A stretch of DNA of 64,000 nt from Candidatus Moraniibacteriota bacterium (GCA_028711705.1 JAQTRS010000003.1:27818-91817); one strand, 5' to 3'; positions 47,307 to 57,971 are shown, counted from the first letter of the stretch. Numbers and translations: made by a program. The notes: a model not told the origin generated them from the letters alone.

Positions 47307-47468
47307 AGAGGTATCATGGTTATGTATTAATATCGGTCCGTGCTGAGCGTAATCAGCGCGTCTTAAAACTCTTAAAAGGACTCTTATATACCTAAGAGTC
47401 CTTGTTACTGTAGCATCCTTTTGAATTATTTTCAACCTAGGGAGGCGTTTTTTTTGGATTATCCCCCC

Positions 47469-48446
47469 TTATTTTTGGAGGAGGGCGCGCATGGTGACGG
47501 TCGTGCCTCTGTAGGTGACGGTCAATCCCTGAAAGGAAAGGGTTTTTATCTTACTTTTATCGCTACTGAGCATTTTGAGGACCTCGTTCGTATGCGTACC
47601 ACAAATACCTTGTACGTCCCCTCGGAGAATGGTAAAGAAGTTTCGCAATATCATTTTCTGCATACTTATGCTCAGTGCGAGCAGATCGCTGGCCTGAAAA
47701 CTGATTGTCTGCTCCTCTTGATGGAAGATTATCGGGCATAATTCGGCAAAAGAAAGCAGCGTGTTATAATCTTCGCCTACAATGTGGGCAGTATGTGCCA
47801 AAACATCCTGTATGGATGGATTGAAATTTTCCCGGAGATAGGGAAGGAGCTTATGCCTGATCCGGTTGCGAAGGAAGCGCATGTCTTCATTGGAGGCATC
47901 GATGCGATAGATAAGGCCCTGTTTTTTAAGATAGCTCATGATATCCTTGCGGGATGTTTCCAGGAAGGGGCGTATGATGGTGCCTGTTTTCGGTTGCATG
48001 GCACGAAGCCCCGAAAGCCCGGATCCACGGATAAGGCGCATGAGGACGGTTTCCGCTTGGTCGTCGAGGGTGTGTGCGATAGCGATCGTGTCGAGATGAT
48101 GTTTTTGACGTGTTTTTTCAAAGAAATCGTAACGGATATCCCGCAAAACCTCTTCGAGATTGTTCGTGCCGGTGATTTTCGGTTTCAGTACGGAGCAGGG
48201 GATGCTGTGGCGTTTTGCCAAGCCTTTGACGAAGCGTTCATCGGCAGCTGAATCCTTCCCGCGCAAGCTATAGTTGACATGCGCGATGCGGAGTTCCCAA
48301 TCATATTTTTTGCTGAGGACTACAAGGATATCCAAAAGGCAGACACTGTCCGGTCCACCTGAAACACCCACCAGTATTTTTGATCCTTTCGACCAAAGAT
48401 GGTGGGTATGCGCGGTATTTTGAATGCTTTTGATGAATGCGGACAT
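47469..48446 (-). CDS. tilS: tRNA(Ile)-lysidine synthetase
   Basis: PP-loop SGGPDS. Lies upstream of ftsH, as is widely conserved. Confidence 0.85.
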   Translation of the reverse strand: MSAFIKSIQNTAHTHHLWSKGSKILVGVSGGPDSVCLLDILVVLSKKYDWELRIAHVNYSLRGKDSAADERFVKGLAKRHSIPCSVLKPKITGTNNLEEVLRDIRYDFFEKTRQKHHLDTIAIAHTLDDQAETVLMRLIRGSGLSGLRAMQPKTGTIIRPFLETSRKDIMSYLKKQGLIYRIDASNEDMRFLRNRIRHKLLPYLRENFNPSIQDVLAHTAHIVGEDYNTLLSFAELCPIIFHQEEQTISFQASDLLALSISMQKMILRNFFTILRGDVQGICGTHTNEVLKMLSSDKSKIKTLSFQGLTVTYRGTTVTMRALLQK

Positions 48447-48451
48447 GGGAG

Positions 48452-49012
48452 CTACTTTCCTTGCTGGATTATTGACCGTACTTTTTCGACAGCTTCATCC
48501 AACTTACCCTGTTCATTGACGACGGTATAGTCGTATATGTCGGTGTGTTTCATCCATTCTTGCGTGTATTTCATACGTTCCGCGATATGGATTTCTGTTG
48601 CTCCTCCTCGATGCCTGAGTCGTTCCGTAAGAACATCTAGTGAGGAAACGGTGATGAAAATAGATTTTATTTTCGGGAGAATTTTTTTGACCGACATCAC
48701 ACCTTGATACTCGATTTTCCAAAGCGCTGTTTTTCCTGTCTGTGCTGCGCGATTAAGCTCCTCGCGCGTTACGCCGTAGAAATTGTCATTGTACTGCTGG
48801 GCATATTCCGCGAATTTTTCCTCATTGATGCCATTTTGGAATTCTTCTTGGGAGATGAAGTAGTAGGGATGTCCTTGGGACTCACCTTCGCGCATTGCCC
48901 GTGTCGTAGTGGTAATAACTCTCTCTATAGGCATAATTGCACTCAATTTTTCGATAATAGAATCCTCTCCAGCACCTGAGGGACCAGAAATGATAAAGAT
49001 ATTTGAGTACAT
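48452..49012 (-). CDS. gmk: guanylate kinase-like protein with an atypical P-loop
   Basis: TTRAMREGESQGHPYYFIS matches the Gmk signature. The P-loop reads ISGPSGAGEDSI (Glu in place of the Walker-A Lys). Start set at MYSNIF. Confidence 0.6.
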   Translation of the reverse strand: MYSNIFIISGPSGAGEDSIIEKLSAIMPIERVITTTTRAMREGESQGHPYYFISQEEFQNGINEEKFAEYAQQYNDNFYGVTREELNRAAQTGKTALWKIEYQGVMSVKKILPKIKSIFITVSSLDVLTERLRHRGGATEIHIAERMKYTQEWMKHTDIYDYTVVNEQGKLDEAVEKVRSIIQQGK

Positions 49013-49142
49013 AAAGGCAGGTGTATTATGGTTTAGTTGATAGCTTATTATAGTATCCGTCAACGAAAAAGGCAATGCTGCACAGGGTGTTATATAACAA
49101 AAAACGAGACCCTGTGTCTCGTTTTTTGCGCTTTGTAATCGC

Positions 49143-50351
49143 TTATTTGACCGGAAGCAATCCCATGCGGTGCGTTTTCGGTTCGATGGAAAGGATTTTC
49201 CACTTGTAGACTTCGCCTGTCTTGAAGATGTCCTCCATCTTCTTTCCGGTATAGACGTCTTGGAATTCGCTCACGTGAGCAAGTCCATGAATATCCTTAT
49301 CCAGGTAGACGAACGATCCGAAGTGATTGATCTTGTCCACTTTTCCGTCGACGATGTCACCGACATTGTACTTCTCTTTCACACGGCTCCATGGATCTTC
49401 TCGCAAGGTCTTCATAGAGAGGGAGATGCGGGTGTCCTCGATGCCGATTATCTGAGCTGAAACGATGTCGCCCATCTTGACGATCTCACGAGGATCATCG
49501 ATAAGCTGCCATGCCAACTCGGAAATGTGTACCAAACCTTCCAGTTTCTCGCCCTTCTTTCCGCTTGGCGAAGGGAATTTCACGAAAGCACCGAAGTCGA
49601 CGACGCCGCTGACCTCACCCTCGATCTTGTCTCCGATCTTGAGATTCGAGATCACCTCGCGTTCCTTCTCGCTTTGTGCGGCCTTTTCGCTACCGATCAG
49701 CTTCTCCGCCTCACGATCAGCATCCAGGATGCGTACGGTGAGCTCTTGACCGATCAATTTGCGCAAGAGTTCGAGAATCTTGTTCTTGTCGCCATCCTCA
49801 ACGCGCGGATAGTGCTCGCTTGAGAGCTGCGAAACCGGAAGAAATCCGACGATACCGTTGATTTCGATCATCAGTCCTCCCTTGTTCGCCTCGAGTACCT
49901 TCGTGGTGACGATATCCTTGTTATCACGCTTGGACTCGATATCATCCCATGATTTTTCGTAGGAAGCCTCACGGATAGAGAGCTCGATATACCCATCCTC
50001 GTTTTCAAGGTCGGTAAGGGTGGCTGTCACCACATCGCCTATTTTGAGCTTCGCGTTCGAACCAAGGCCATCTTTCATCTCCTTGCCCAAAACGACACCG
50101 GTTCCGAGCGGTCCTAAGTCCAATAATGCGGAATTCGAGGAGACGTCGATAACGGTTCCAGCGAGCACATCGCCCACTTTCGGAATCTCAAACGGGTGGG
50201 CGCTCATCAGGGCTTCCATCACGGATACCTCTGCTTCAGCGCTTTTTTGAGCCTTTACGGGGGTCGCCTTTGTGGAAACCTCGGCTTCCATCGTGTCGAC
50301 CAAATCCTTAAGAGTCTTTTTTGTCATAAAAATGTCTGTTGATAGCCGCAT
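49143..50351 (-). CDS. rpsA: 30S ribosomal protein S1 (four S1 domains)
   Basis: Repeated S1-domain pattern (GDVLAGTVIDV..., GDVVTATLTDL..., GQELTVRILD..., GDKIEGEVSGVVDFGAFVKF...). An alternative start at 50327 (MTKKTL) is possible. Confidence 0.8.
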   Translation of the reverse strand: MRLSTDIFMTKKTLKDLVDTMEAEVSTKATPVKAQKSAEAEVSVMEALMSAHPFEIPKVGDVLAGTVIDVSSNSALLDLGPLGTGVVLGKEMKDGLGSNAKLKIGDVVTATLTDLENEDGYIELSIREASYEKSWDDIESKRDNKDIVTTKVLEANKGGLMIEINGIVGFLPVSQLSSEHYPRVEDGDKNKILELLRKLIGQELTVRILDADREAEKLIGSEKAAQSEKEREVISNLKIGDKIEGEVSGVVDFGAFVKFPSPSGKKGEKLEGLVHISELAWQLIDDPREIVKMGDIVSAQIIGIEDTRISLSMKTLREDPWSRVKEKYNVGDIVDGKVDKINHFGSFVYLDKDIHGLAHVSEFQDVYTGKKMEDIFKTGEVYKWKILSIEPKTHRMGLLPVK

Positions 50352-50593
50352 CCGCTATCAGTTAAAATTATGATGCGTTACAAAACCTACTATTTCCTTT
50401 ATTTAGGTTTTCAAGCTATTTTAGCGTACTTCCTCTTATTTGGCAAGTAGCGCGTATTTTATGGGTATAGTCCGGCCATCCGCTTCTCGACAAGGAATGG
50501 CCGGCATAGTATACTGGTAAAGAAATCGAGTCTGCTTGGTCCGAGAGAGGATCCGGCGATATTTTACTTATACCTCATGTTTAGAAGACTATT

Positions 50594-51253
50594 ATGAATA
50601 TCCAATACTACGGAGATTATTGTTTCAAGATCGTAGCGAAGCCAGGAGGACGCGCGACAGAGGATATCGTTATCTGGACGGATCCTTGCGATAAATCGAC
50701 AGGGCTTCGCAGCCCGCAAGGACAGGCCGATATCATCTTCTTGTCCCATGATAATGGCGTGGACGTGGAAGCGGCCGGTTTGAAGGGCGAGAGAGCGACC
50801 TTGCGGAACCCGGGAGAATATGCGATCAAAGGAATCAATGCTTTCGGTATCGCATCCTATCAGGATATGCAAAGCGGAGCTGAGCGAGGGCAGAACACGG
50901 TGTTCGTATTTCAGGCAGAATCTTTGAATCTGTGTTTTTTGGGTGCCCTGGGTCATGAGTTGACGCCGGCTCAGATCGAAAAGATCGCCGCTGTTGATAT
51001 CTTGTTCATTCCGGTTGGCAATCATGACACATTGGCCATCAAGCAGCTTGATGATGTCATACGAAAGATCGAACCCTCTTTGGTGGTGCCTATGCACTAT
51101 AAGATGGACGGTTTACATCTTCCGATCGAGGATGAACAGACGTTCTGCGCGGAAATCGGCAATTGCCCGAGTGAAAAAATCGCCAAACTTACCGTCAAGA
51201 AGAAGGATTTGGAAGGAAAATCCATGGAGATCGTCATATTCGAGAAAGCATAG
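50594..51253 (+). CDS. metallo-beta-lactamase-fold hydrolase
   Basis: 219 aa. IIFLSHDNGVD and VPMHY match MBL-like metal-ligand positions. Confidence 0.5.
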   Translation: MNIQYYGDYCFKIVAKPGGRATEDIVIWTDPCDKSTGLRSPQGQADIIFLSHDNGVDVEAAGLKGERATLRNPGEYAIKGINAFGIASYQDMQSGAERGQNTVFVFQAESLNLCFLGALGHELTPAQIEKIAAVDILFIPVGNHDTLAIKQLDDVIRKIEPSLVVPMHYKMDGLHLPIEDEQTFCAEIGNCPSEKIAKLTVKKKDLEGKSMEIVIFEKA

Positions 51254-51272
51254 CTAAGGAAGGGGGATCGTT

Positions 51273-51554
51273 TTGAAATTTGAACAAAAAAATATGGGCA
51301 TCCAAACCAAAATCGAAGAAATTCGTCGGCAACCGGAACGGGTACGAATGCGTTATGTGCTTACGAGCGTATTCGTTTCGATGCTGGTCATCAGCGTTCT
51401 TTGGATTTTCTCTATCACGACGTCGTTTCAGAGCCAGAAAGAAATCGTTCCTGCTCCGATGAATCAGGGTAGTCAGAATCAGGATATGCAGGCAGGCGCC
51501 ATCACTCAGCAACCGGATGTGGCCCCATCGCTTGATGAATGGATAAAAAAGTAA
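51273..51554 (+). CDS. small single-TM hypothetical protein
   Basis: 93-aa ORF between the MBL gene and gyrA. Confidence 0.4.
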   Translation: MKFEQKNMGIQTKIEEIRRQPERVRMRYVLTSVFVSMLVISVLWIFSITTSFQSQKEIVPAPMNQGSQNQDMQAGAITQQPDVAPSLDEWIKK

Positions 51555-51572
51555 AGAATTTATTGTACCGCT

Positions 51573-54041
51573 ATGGCGAAAAAGAATCACATTTTCAAAG
51601 AATATAAAGATGGTGTCATCAATCCTCGTACCATTACGGATGAAGTCAAGCAATCCTACCTTGACTATGCCATGAGCGTTATCGTGTCACGTGCCTTGCC
51701 TGATGTCCGTGACGGTCTGAAACCGGTGCATAGGCGTATTCTGTACTCTATGTGGTCAACGGGATTGCGGTCGACGGCGAAGTTTAGGAAATCGGCGACG
51801 GTAGTCGGTGAAGTGCTTGGAAAATGGCACCCGCACGGCGATACCGCGGTGTATGATTCGATGGTGCGCATGGCGCAGGATTTTTCATTGCGTTACCCGC
51901 TTATTTGGGGACAGGGAAACTTCGGTTCCATGGATGGCGACAGTCCTGCAGCCTATCGTTATACGGAAGCCAAACTCAAGGCGATTGCCGAGGAGATGCT
52001 CATCGATCTTGAAAAGGATACGGTGGATTTCATTCCGAACTACGATGGCGTGCACCAAGAGCCGATGGTGCTTCCTGCCAAGTTGCCGCAGCTTCTTTTG
52101 AATGGTGTGATGGGTATCGCCGTGGGTATGGCGACCAATATCCCGCCGCATAATTTGTCCGAGCTTATCGATGCTATCAGTTGCTTGATTGACAATCCTG
52201 ATGCGACGATCGACGATTTGCTTCAGTTCATAAAAGGACCAGACTTTCCGACGGGAGGCACGATCTATAATGCTGCTGATATCCGCAATGCCTATGTTAC
52301 GGGAAGGGGTCGTGTCGTGACCCGCGCCAAGGCTGAAATCGAGGAAACGAAGTCGGGGATGTTCCAGATTGTCGTGACCGAGATGACCTATGCCACCAAT
52401 AAAGCAACCATGATCGAGAAGATGGCGGATCTGGTCAAGGAAGCGAAGATTTTAGGTATCCGCGATCTGCGCGATGAGTCCGACAAGGACGGCGTCCGCA
52501 TCATTATCGAGCTTAAGAAAGAGGCTTATCCGCAAAAGGTGCTCAATCAACTCTATTCACATACGGATCTTCAGAAGAACTTCAATTTCAATATGCTCGC
52601 TCTGGTTGATGGTATCGATCCGCAGATTCTCAATCTGAAGTCTATCCTTGAACACTATATCAAGCATCGGGAAACGGTCGTGGTGAGACGAACGCAGTTC
52701 GAGCTCCAGAAAGCGAAGGATCGCGCCCATATTTTGGAAGGGCTTAAAACAGCGCTCGATCATATCGATGAGGTGATCGCAGTTATCAAAAAGTCCCCGA
52801 CACGTGAAGTCGCCCACAGCAGCCTGATGCGAAAATTCAAGCTTTCCGAGAGGCAGGCGACCGCCATCTTGGAAATGCGCTTGCAGACATTGGCCGGATT
52901 GGAGCGCAAGAAGATCGAGGATGAATTAGTGGAGAAATTGCAGTTTATCGCCAAACTTGAGGATATCCTCGCTCATCGCGAAAAGATATTCGGCATTATC
53001 AAGGATGAGTTGGCGGAGCTTAAGGAAAAATACGGTGATGCCCGTAAAACGAAAGTCGTGCGCGCCGGTATCGGTGAATTCAGCCAAGAAGACCTTATCC
53101 CTGATGAGGAGGCTATCATCACGTTAAGCGAGGATGGCTATATCAAGCGTATGAATCCGGATGTGTATCGCGTCCAAAAGCGCGGCGGCAAGGGCGTGAT
53201 CGGCGCCACCACCAAAGAGGGCGATTCTATCGCGCAGGTGACTAGCATTATGACGCACGATGACCTGATGTTCTTTACGAATACCGGAAAAGTCTTTCGC
53301 ACTAAGGCCTATGAGATTCCGGAGTCATCTCGAACTTCCAAGGGTCAGGCCGTTGTCAATTTCCTCCAGCTGGCCCAGGGAGAGAAGATCACTGTGATGA
53401 TTGCCCTCAATGCCAAAGAGGACGGCTATAAGTATCTTTTTATGACCACTAGCAACGGAACGGTCAAAAAGACCAAGATCGAAGACTTCGCCAATGTGCG
53501 TCGCAGCGGCTTGATCGCCATCACGCTCGAGAAGGGTGATGCGCTCGGATGGGTCAGGCCGACGACCGGTACGGATCAGGTGATCATCACCACCTCGGAT
53601 GGGCAGGCCATCCGCTTCAAGGAAACTGATGCCCGCTCTATGGGCCGCAATGCTGCCGGCGTGCACGGTATCAAACTGAAGGACAAGGACGTGGTGGTGG
53701 GTATGGATGTCATGCCGCAGGATCAGAAGAGCTCGCAATTACTTATCCTCACCGCGAACGGTTATGGCAAGCGCAGCGAAATCAAGCACTATAAGATCCA
53801 GAAGCGCGGCGGGTCCGGTATCCGCACTGTCAAAGTGACACCTAAGACCGGTAATCTGATCGGCGCTCGCGTGATGCGTAAGGGTGAAGAGGAAGAAGCA
53901 GATATCATGTCGACTTCCGAAAAGGGCACCATCATCCGCGTGCCGCTTAAGAGCGTACCATTGCTCAGCAGAGTTACTCAGGGTGTACGTGTGATGCGTC
54001 CACAAACAGGCGATAAAGTGGGTTCATTCACATTCGTATAG
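51573..54041 (+). CDS. gyrA: DNA gyrase subunit A
   Basis: [27 protein letters not shown] holds the catalytic Tyr. C-terminal beta-pinwheel repeats are present. Confidence 0.95.
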   Translation: MAKKNHIFKEYKDGVINPRTITDEVKQSYLDYAMSVIVSRALPDVRDGLKPVHRRILYSMWSTGLRSTAKFRKSATVVGEVLGKWHPHGDTAVYDSMVRMAQDFSLRYPLIWGQGNFGSMDGDSPAAYRYTEAKLKAIAEEMLIDLEKDTVDFIPNYDGVHQEPMVLPAKLPQLLLNGVMGIAVGMATNIPPHNLSELIDAISCLIDNPDATIDDLLQFIKGPDFPTGGTIYNAADIRNAYVTGRGRVVTRAKAEIEETKSGMFQIVVTEMTYATNKATMIEKMADLVKEAKILGIRDLRDESDKDGVRIIIELKKEAYPQKVLNQLYSHTDLQKNFNFNMLALVDGIDPQILNLKSILEHYIKHRETVVVRRTQFELQKAKDRAHILEGLKTALDHIDEVIAVIKKSPTREVAHSSLMRKFKLSERQATAILEMRLQTLAGLERKKIEDELVEKLQFIAKLEDILAHREKIFGIIKDELAELKEKYGDARKTKVVRAGIGEFSQEDLIPDEEAIITLSEDGYIKRMNPDVYRVQKRGGKGVIGATTKEGDSIAQVTSIMTHDDLMFFTNTGKVFRTKAYEIPESSRTSKGQAVVNFLQLAQGEKITVMIALNAKEDGYKYLFMTTSNGTVKKTKIEDFANVRRSGLIAITLEKGDALGWVRPTTGTDQVIITTSDGQAIRFKETDARSMGRNAAGVHGIKLKDKDVVVGMDVMPQDQKSSQLLILTANGYGKRSEIKHYKIQKRGGSGIRTVKVTPKTGNLIGARVMRKGEEEEADIMSTSEKGTIIRVPLKSVPLLSRVTQGVRVMRPQTGDKVGSFTFV

Positions 54042-54188
54042 GATTTGTGAGTAAGACGTAGCTGGAAAATCCCTCGACATTCCTGTGGAGGGATTTTTCA
54101 TTAAAGGGGCCGTCTCAATACGCTGTATATGCTGTAGTTGCTCGGATCTATTTTCGATGGTATAGTGAAATATCGTTTTATATACGAT

Positions 54189-54260
54189 GCCTTTGTAGTT
54201 CAATGGATAGAACGGGCCCGTCCTAAGGGTTAGATGTAGGTTCGATTCCTACCAAGGGCA
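54189..54260 (+). tRNA. tRNA-Arg (anticodon CCU)
   Basis: Hand-folded. Acceptor stem is GCCTTTG/CAAGGGC. Anticodon loop is GUCCUAA. Confidence 0.6.
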
Positions 54261-54383
54261 CAAAAAGTTTCATTTTGGCGCATTTCGTCGTTCCAATCTC
54301 CGGTGCGCGACGCCGTATTTCTTTATACGTCTTACTTGCGCTCCTCGATTGCGCCTAGGACTGCACCAAAATGAAACTTTTTG
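54261..54383. terminator. very long hairpin abutting the tRNA-Arg 3' end: 23-bp arms CAAAAAGTTTCATTTTGGCGCAT / CTGCACCAAAATGAAACTTTTTG (one mismatch) around ~77 nt. Probable bidirectional terminator.
   Basis: Read directly. Has an A-run on the 5' side and a T-run on the 3' side. Confidence 0.5.
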
Positions 54384-54406
54384 TAAGTTGATATAAGAGA
54401 AAAAGT

Positions 54407-54742
54407 ATGGCAGGGTTACGATTGGAAAAAATTAATGAGTTGTTGCAGCACAAGATAAGCGCGCTTCTGACGAAAGGGGTGAGTTTCAAATTGGGCGTCT
54501 TCGTCACAGTAGCCCGAGTGAGTACATCCCCGGATCTTCGCCGAAGCAAAGTTTTGGTAAGTGTTTTTCCTGCCAGCGAAGGACAGTATGTTTTAAAAAC
54601 GCTTAAAAAAGAAGTGTACGCATTTCAGGGAGCATTGAACAATCAATTGCATATGAATCCATTGCCTCGTATCCATTTTGAACTCGATACAACTGAGGAG
54701 GAAGCTCAGAAAGTGGAAGATATCCTTCGCGACCTTCGCTAG
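54407..54742 (+). CDS. rbfA: ribosome-binding factor A
   Basis: 111-aa RbfA-like sequence (RSKVLVSVFPASE...PRIHFELD). Confidence 0.8.
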   Translation: MAGLRLEKINELLQHKISALLTKGVSFKLGVFVTVARVSTSPDLRRSKVLVSVFPASEGQYVLKTLKKEVYAFQGALNNQLHMNPLPRIHFELDTTEEEAQKVEDILRDLR

Positions 54743-54753
54743 AACATACCGTT

Positions 54754-55719
54754 ATGAAAAATAGATTCATCGCAGAATTTCGGAATTTGAAATATATCGT
54801 CGAAAATGCGGATAGCGTCCTTTTAGTGGCGCATACACGTCCTGATCCCGATACCATCGGTGCCAATGTTGCCTTGAAGGAGTACCTGATGGATCTTGGC
54901 AAGAGGGCGGACATCGTCTGTTTCGATCCCTTCCCAGATTATCTGAGGAGTCTTTTCGTGCATGAGTTCCACGCTCCTGACCAGGTGGATTGGGGGTCTT
55001 ATCAGGCGATCATTGCTTCCGATAGTGTTAATAGGGGGTTTGACAGGATGATGAAGCAGTATGTGACCGATAAGCACGCAACCGTCTTGATCGATCATCA
55101 CCCGGATATCGATACGATGGGGGATGTGGTGATGATCGATGCCTCGTATTCGTCCACGTGCGAGATTCTATTCAATTATTTCGAATCATCCCATATTCCG
55201 ATCACATCTCGTATGGCCACAGCACTTTTGACAGGTATCTCGGGCGACACTGGGAGCTTCCAGCACTCCTGCACCACGCCGCGCGTGATGGAGATCGCCT
55301 CTATCCTTATGAAGCGAGGAGCGCCGCTTTCGAAAATATCGGACAGCGTCTTTACCAATAAGAAAATATCGACTCTCAAGTTGTGGGGGCGGGCCTTTGC
55401 GAAGGCGAAGATCAATCAAAGAAACGGCATGATCGTTTCCGCTTTGACGCAGCAGGATATCGCCGAATGTGAAGCCTCCACTAATGATGTCAATCAGGTG
55501 GCAACGATTCTCAATACCGTGCCGGGGACGAAATTCTCGCTCGTATTCTTTCAGTTGAACGATACAACGGTCAAGGGAAGCCTGCGTTCCGAAGAGGGCA
55601 AGGGTGTGGATGTCTCATCGATCGCACATCAGTTTGGAGGGGCTGGACACCGTCTTGCTAGCGGATTTGAGATGGCTGGAAGAATCCAGGAGACGCAAGA
55701 AGGGTGGATGGTGGTGTAA
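54754..55719 (+). CDS. nrnA: DHH-family phosphoesterase NrnA (oligoribonuclease/pAp phosphatase)
   Basis: Contains the HTRPDPDTIGA and DHHP motifs, plus the DHHA1 GGGH-like GGAGH. Confidence 0.8.
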   Translation: MKNRFIAEFRNLKYIVENADSVLLVAHTRPDPDTIGANVALKEYLMDLGKRADIVCFDPFPDYLRSLFVHEFHAPDQVDWGSYQAIIASDSVNRGFDRMMKQYVTDKHATVLIDHHPDIDTMGDVVMIDASYSSTCEILFNYFESSHIPITSRMATALLTGISGDTGSFQHSCTTPRVMEIASILMKRGAPLSKISDSVFTNKKISTLKLWGRAFAKAKINQRNGMIVSALTQQDIAECEASTNDVNQVATILNTVPGTKFSLVFFQLNDTTVKGSLRSEEGKGVDVSSIAHQFGGAGHRLASGFEMAGRIQETQEGWMVV

Positions 55720-55763
55720 ATATAATCAGCAAGGAACAATGAACAAAAAAAATCGAATCAAAT

Positions 55764-56342
55764 ATGACTATAAAACAAAAACACTTGCATGAATTGAATC
55801 AAAAAATGGCGGAAGAATGCCAGTGTGCGTTGAAATCGACAGCGATCAATGTCGTTCCTGGAGAAGGGAATGCGGATGCCGATATTTTGTTTATCGGTGA
55901 AGCTCCGGGAAAAAAAGAGGACGAACAGGGTAAACCATTCATCGGGGCTGCCGGAAAGTTTCTGAATGAAATGCTTGCCTCGATCGGTCTGAAGCGTGAG
56001 GATATCTATATCACCAATGTGGTGAAGTATCGACCGCCAGGGAATCGCGACCCATTGCCGGATGAGGTGGCGGATTGCCTTCCATGGCTTGAGGCACAAA
56101 TACAACTGATCAAACCGAAGTTGATCGTGCCGTTGGGGCGGCATGCCATGGAGCGGTTCTTGAAGGGAAAAAAGATTTCCGAGGTGCATGGACAATTGTT
56201 TGAGATCAAGATGCCTCATATCGGAAAAAGGAACTTCTATACCCTCTATCATCCTGCGGCAGCATTGTATAACGGATCGATGCGCAAGGTGCTACTCGAA
56301 GATTTCAGTAGGATACCGAAACTCTTGAAAAAAATACAATAG
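55764..56342 (+). CDS. uracil-DNA glycosylase, family 4
   Basis: Residues ILFIGEAPGKKEDEQGKPFIGAAGKFL...YITNVVKYRPP. Confidence 0.8.
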   Translation: MTIKQKHLHELNQKMAEECQCALKSTAINVVPGEGNADADILFIGEAPGKKEDEQGKPFIGAAGKFLNEMLASIGLKREDIYITNVVKYRPPGNRDPLPDEVADCLPWLEAQIQLIKPKLIVPLGRHAMERFLKGKKISEVHGQLFEIKMPHIGKRNFYTLYHPAAALYNGSMRKVLLEDFSRIPKLLKKIQ

Positions 56343-56352
56343 CCCTTGGGAG

Positions 56353-57627
56353 CTATTGTATTTTTACGTTCGTTTCGATCTGCCGTTTGGATTCCGCAAG
56401 AAAAGTCTCTATGAATTCCATGCATTCGCTATCGGTTTCTTTCGGTGGCAGCGCGGGAAGATTGTTATGGGCGGATGCTTTGACGTTTGGGTATTGATTA
56501 CTGATCCATAGATAGACCAGTGCTTTATTGAGGCGTCCGATGGAGGCTTCGCGTATGAGTTCGACGAATATCTCAAATTCGTTGAAGCTCTTTTTGTAGA
56601 CCCGATCGCTCCTTAAGGCATCGGTTTTATCGGCGATGGAGATGAGGTGCATCATGGCATATTCATCGATTTCTGTGCTTATTTGAAGGGCAGCGATACT
56701 TATCTTGTGTTTCGAATCCTCACCTTTGTAATTATGATGGTGTCCGGCAAGTTCCGCAACGATGGCATCATCGCCTAATATGCTCGCACTCGCTTCCTCA
56801 TGCAATTCCAGGATGCTTTTCAGGGTTTGTTTTCGGGAGTAGCCATTTTGGTCGATGATTTCCAGGAGTTTCGGGTAGCGTTCCTGCGGAAAGGCCTCTT
56901 CTATCGGCACGAGATCGACCGAACGGTAGCCTTCGGCAAATATCGTCTTGAGAATTGTTTCATCACTTACGGTTTCACCATGAAGCAAACCGAGTGTGGT
57001 GCAGATATCTTTGCAGGCGCCGTTATGAAACATCCGAAGGATGATGCGGTCCATCTCGGGATCGGTGAAGTCGTTATTCAGGATTTCCCTGGGAATAGTG
57101 ACCTTGCCGATGTCATGAAAAAGAGCGGCCCGCAGGAATTGCCGGAGCGACACGCCTTCGCTTCGGATAAAAACCTCCAAGCGGATGGCTTCATCATTCG
57201 GACCAGAGAGTGTTTTGGTCATCATGTCGTGAGCGATGTCGAATGTGCGGATGCTGTGTTCAAGGGTCGGCGTATCATACAGATCGAGGATGGCCAACAT
57301 CTCCCAATCTTTCTGTTCGAGAACGAAGTTTTTTTCGCTGAAGTGTTGAGAATATTCTTCTTGGACGGTCTTTGTATGTTTCTCTAAGATCTGTTTTTCA
57401 GTGAGTTCGGCGTGTATGGACTCATAGTCACATTTCCCAGCGATTTCCTGGGCATGGGCGATATCGTAGGGAGCTCTTTGATCGATTAATTCATCGGGGT
57501 GTCGGTAGGTTTCTAGACGCATAGGTTTTTTGTTTTCAATAGGCTGTGTTGCAAAAGGGACTCGCCTTGCGGGCCCGGGTTTGCCTATTTCATAAACAAA
57601 CCCTTCTCGTCCCTTTTCAGAAGCCAA
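56353..57627 (-). CDS. HD-domain phosphohydrolase (degenerate HD-GYP-like)
   Basis: Contains H...HD (IAHDMM) and LFHDIGK. GHHHNYKGED stands where the HHExxDGxGYP motif would be. Confidence 0.6.
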   Translation of the reverse strand: MASEKGREGFVYEIGKPGPARRVPFATQPIENKKPMRLETYRHPDELIDQRAPYDIAHAQEIAGKCDYESIHAELTEKQILEKHTKTVQEEYSQHFSEKNFVLEQKDWEMLAILDLYDTPTLEHSIRTFDIAHDMMTKTLSGPNDEAIRLEVFIRSEGVSLRQFLRAALFHDIGKVTIPREILNNDFTDPEMDRIILRMFHNGACKDICTTLGLLHGETVSDETILKTIFAEGYRSVDLVPIEEAFPQERYPKLLEIIDQNGYSRKQTLKSILELHEEASASILGDDAIVAELAGHHHNYKGEDSKHKISIAALQISTEIDEYAMMHLISIADKTDALRSDRVYKKSFNEFEIFVELIREASIGRLNKALVYLWISNQYPNVKASAHNNLPALPPKETDSECMEFIETFLAESKRQIETNVKIQ

Positions 57628-57697
57628 GACTTTGGCTTCTTGCTGCCTTAATCACGGATAATCTCAAATAGGAATCTATTTTTTTCGGTGTCTTCTG

Positions 57698-57781
57698 TGC
57701 TGCGGAAGGGACTCGAACCCTTAAGCCTTTTCAGGCAGCAGATTTTAAGTCTGCCGTGTATACCAATTCCACCACTGCAGC
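57698..57781 (-). tRNA. tRNA-Leu (anticodon UAA), long variable arm
   Basis: Hand-folded. Anticodon loop is CUUAAAA. 84 nt with an extra arm. Confidence 0.6.
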
Positions 57782-57791
57782 AATTTATGTG

Positions 57792-57862
57792 AGGTCCGAA
57801 GCGGAATTGAACCGCTGTAGAGGGTTTTGCAGACCCTTGCCTCACCACTCGGCCATCGGACC
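57792..57862 (-). tRNA. tRNA-Cys (anticodon GCA)
   Basis: Hand-folded. Acceptor stem is GGTCCGA/TCGGACC. Anticodon loop is CUGCAAA. Confidence 0.65.
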
Positions 57863-57931
57863 ATTGGTTGAAGTCTACCAAAATTATGGCCAGCGGTCAA
57901 TGTAAAAAAGAGGGATATGGATATATCCAAA

Positions 57932-57958
57932 GCAAAAACCACTCCCGAAAGAGTGGTG
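57932..57958 (-). terminator. terminator 3' of the 3D-domain gene (ACCACTC / GAGTGGT)
   Basis: Read directly. Confidence 0.5.
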
Positions 57959-57971
57959 TAATGCAAGAAGT

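Noticed and set aside
47421-47741. Plus-strand 106-aa ORF with a GGGAGG-like sequence upstream
   Set aside because: It is antisense to tilS. The apparent RBS belongs to the tilS-ftsH spacer.
39134-57958. Two terminators sharing the AACCACTC...GAGTGGTT stems (39134 and 57932)
   Set aside because: The identity is short and consistent with convergent GC-clamp hairpins. It is not convincing as a repeated element.
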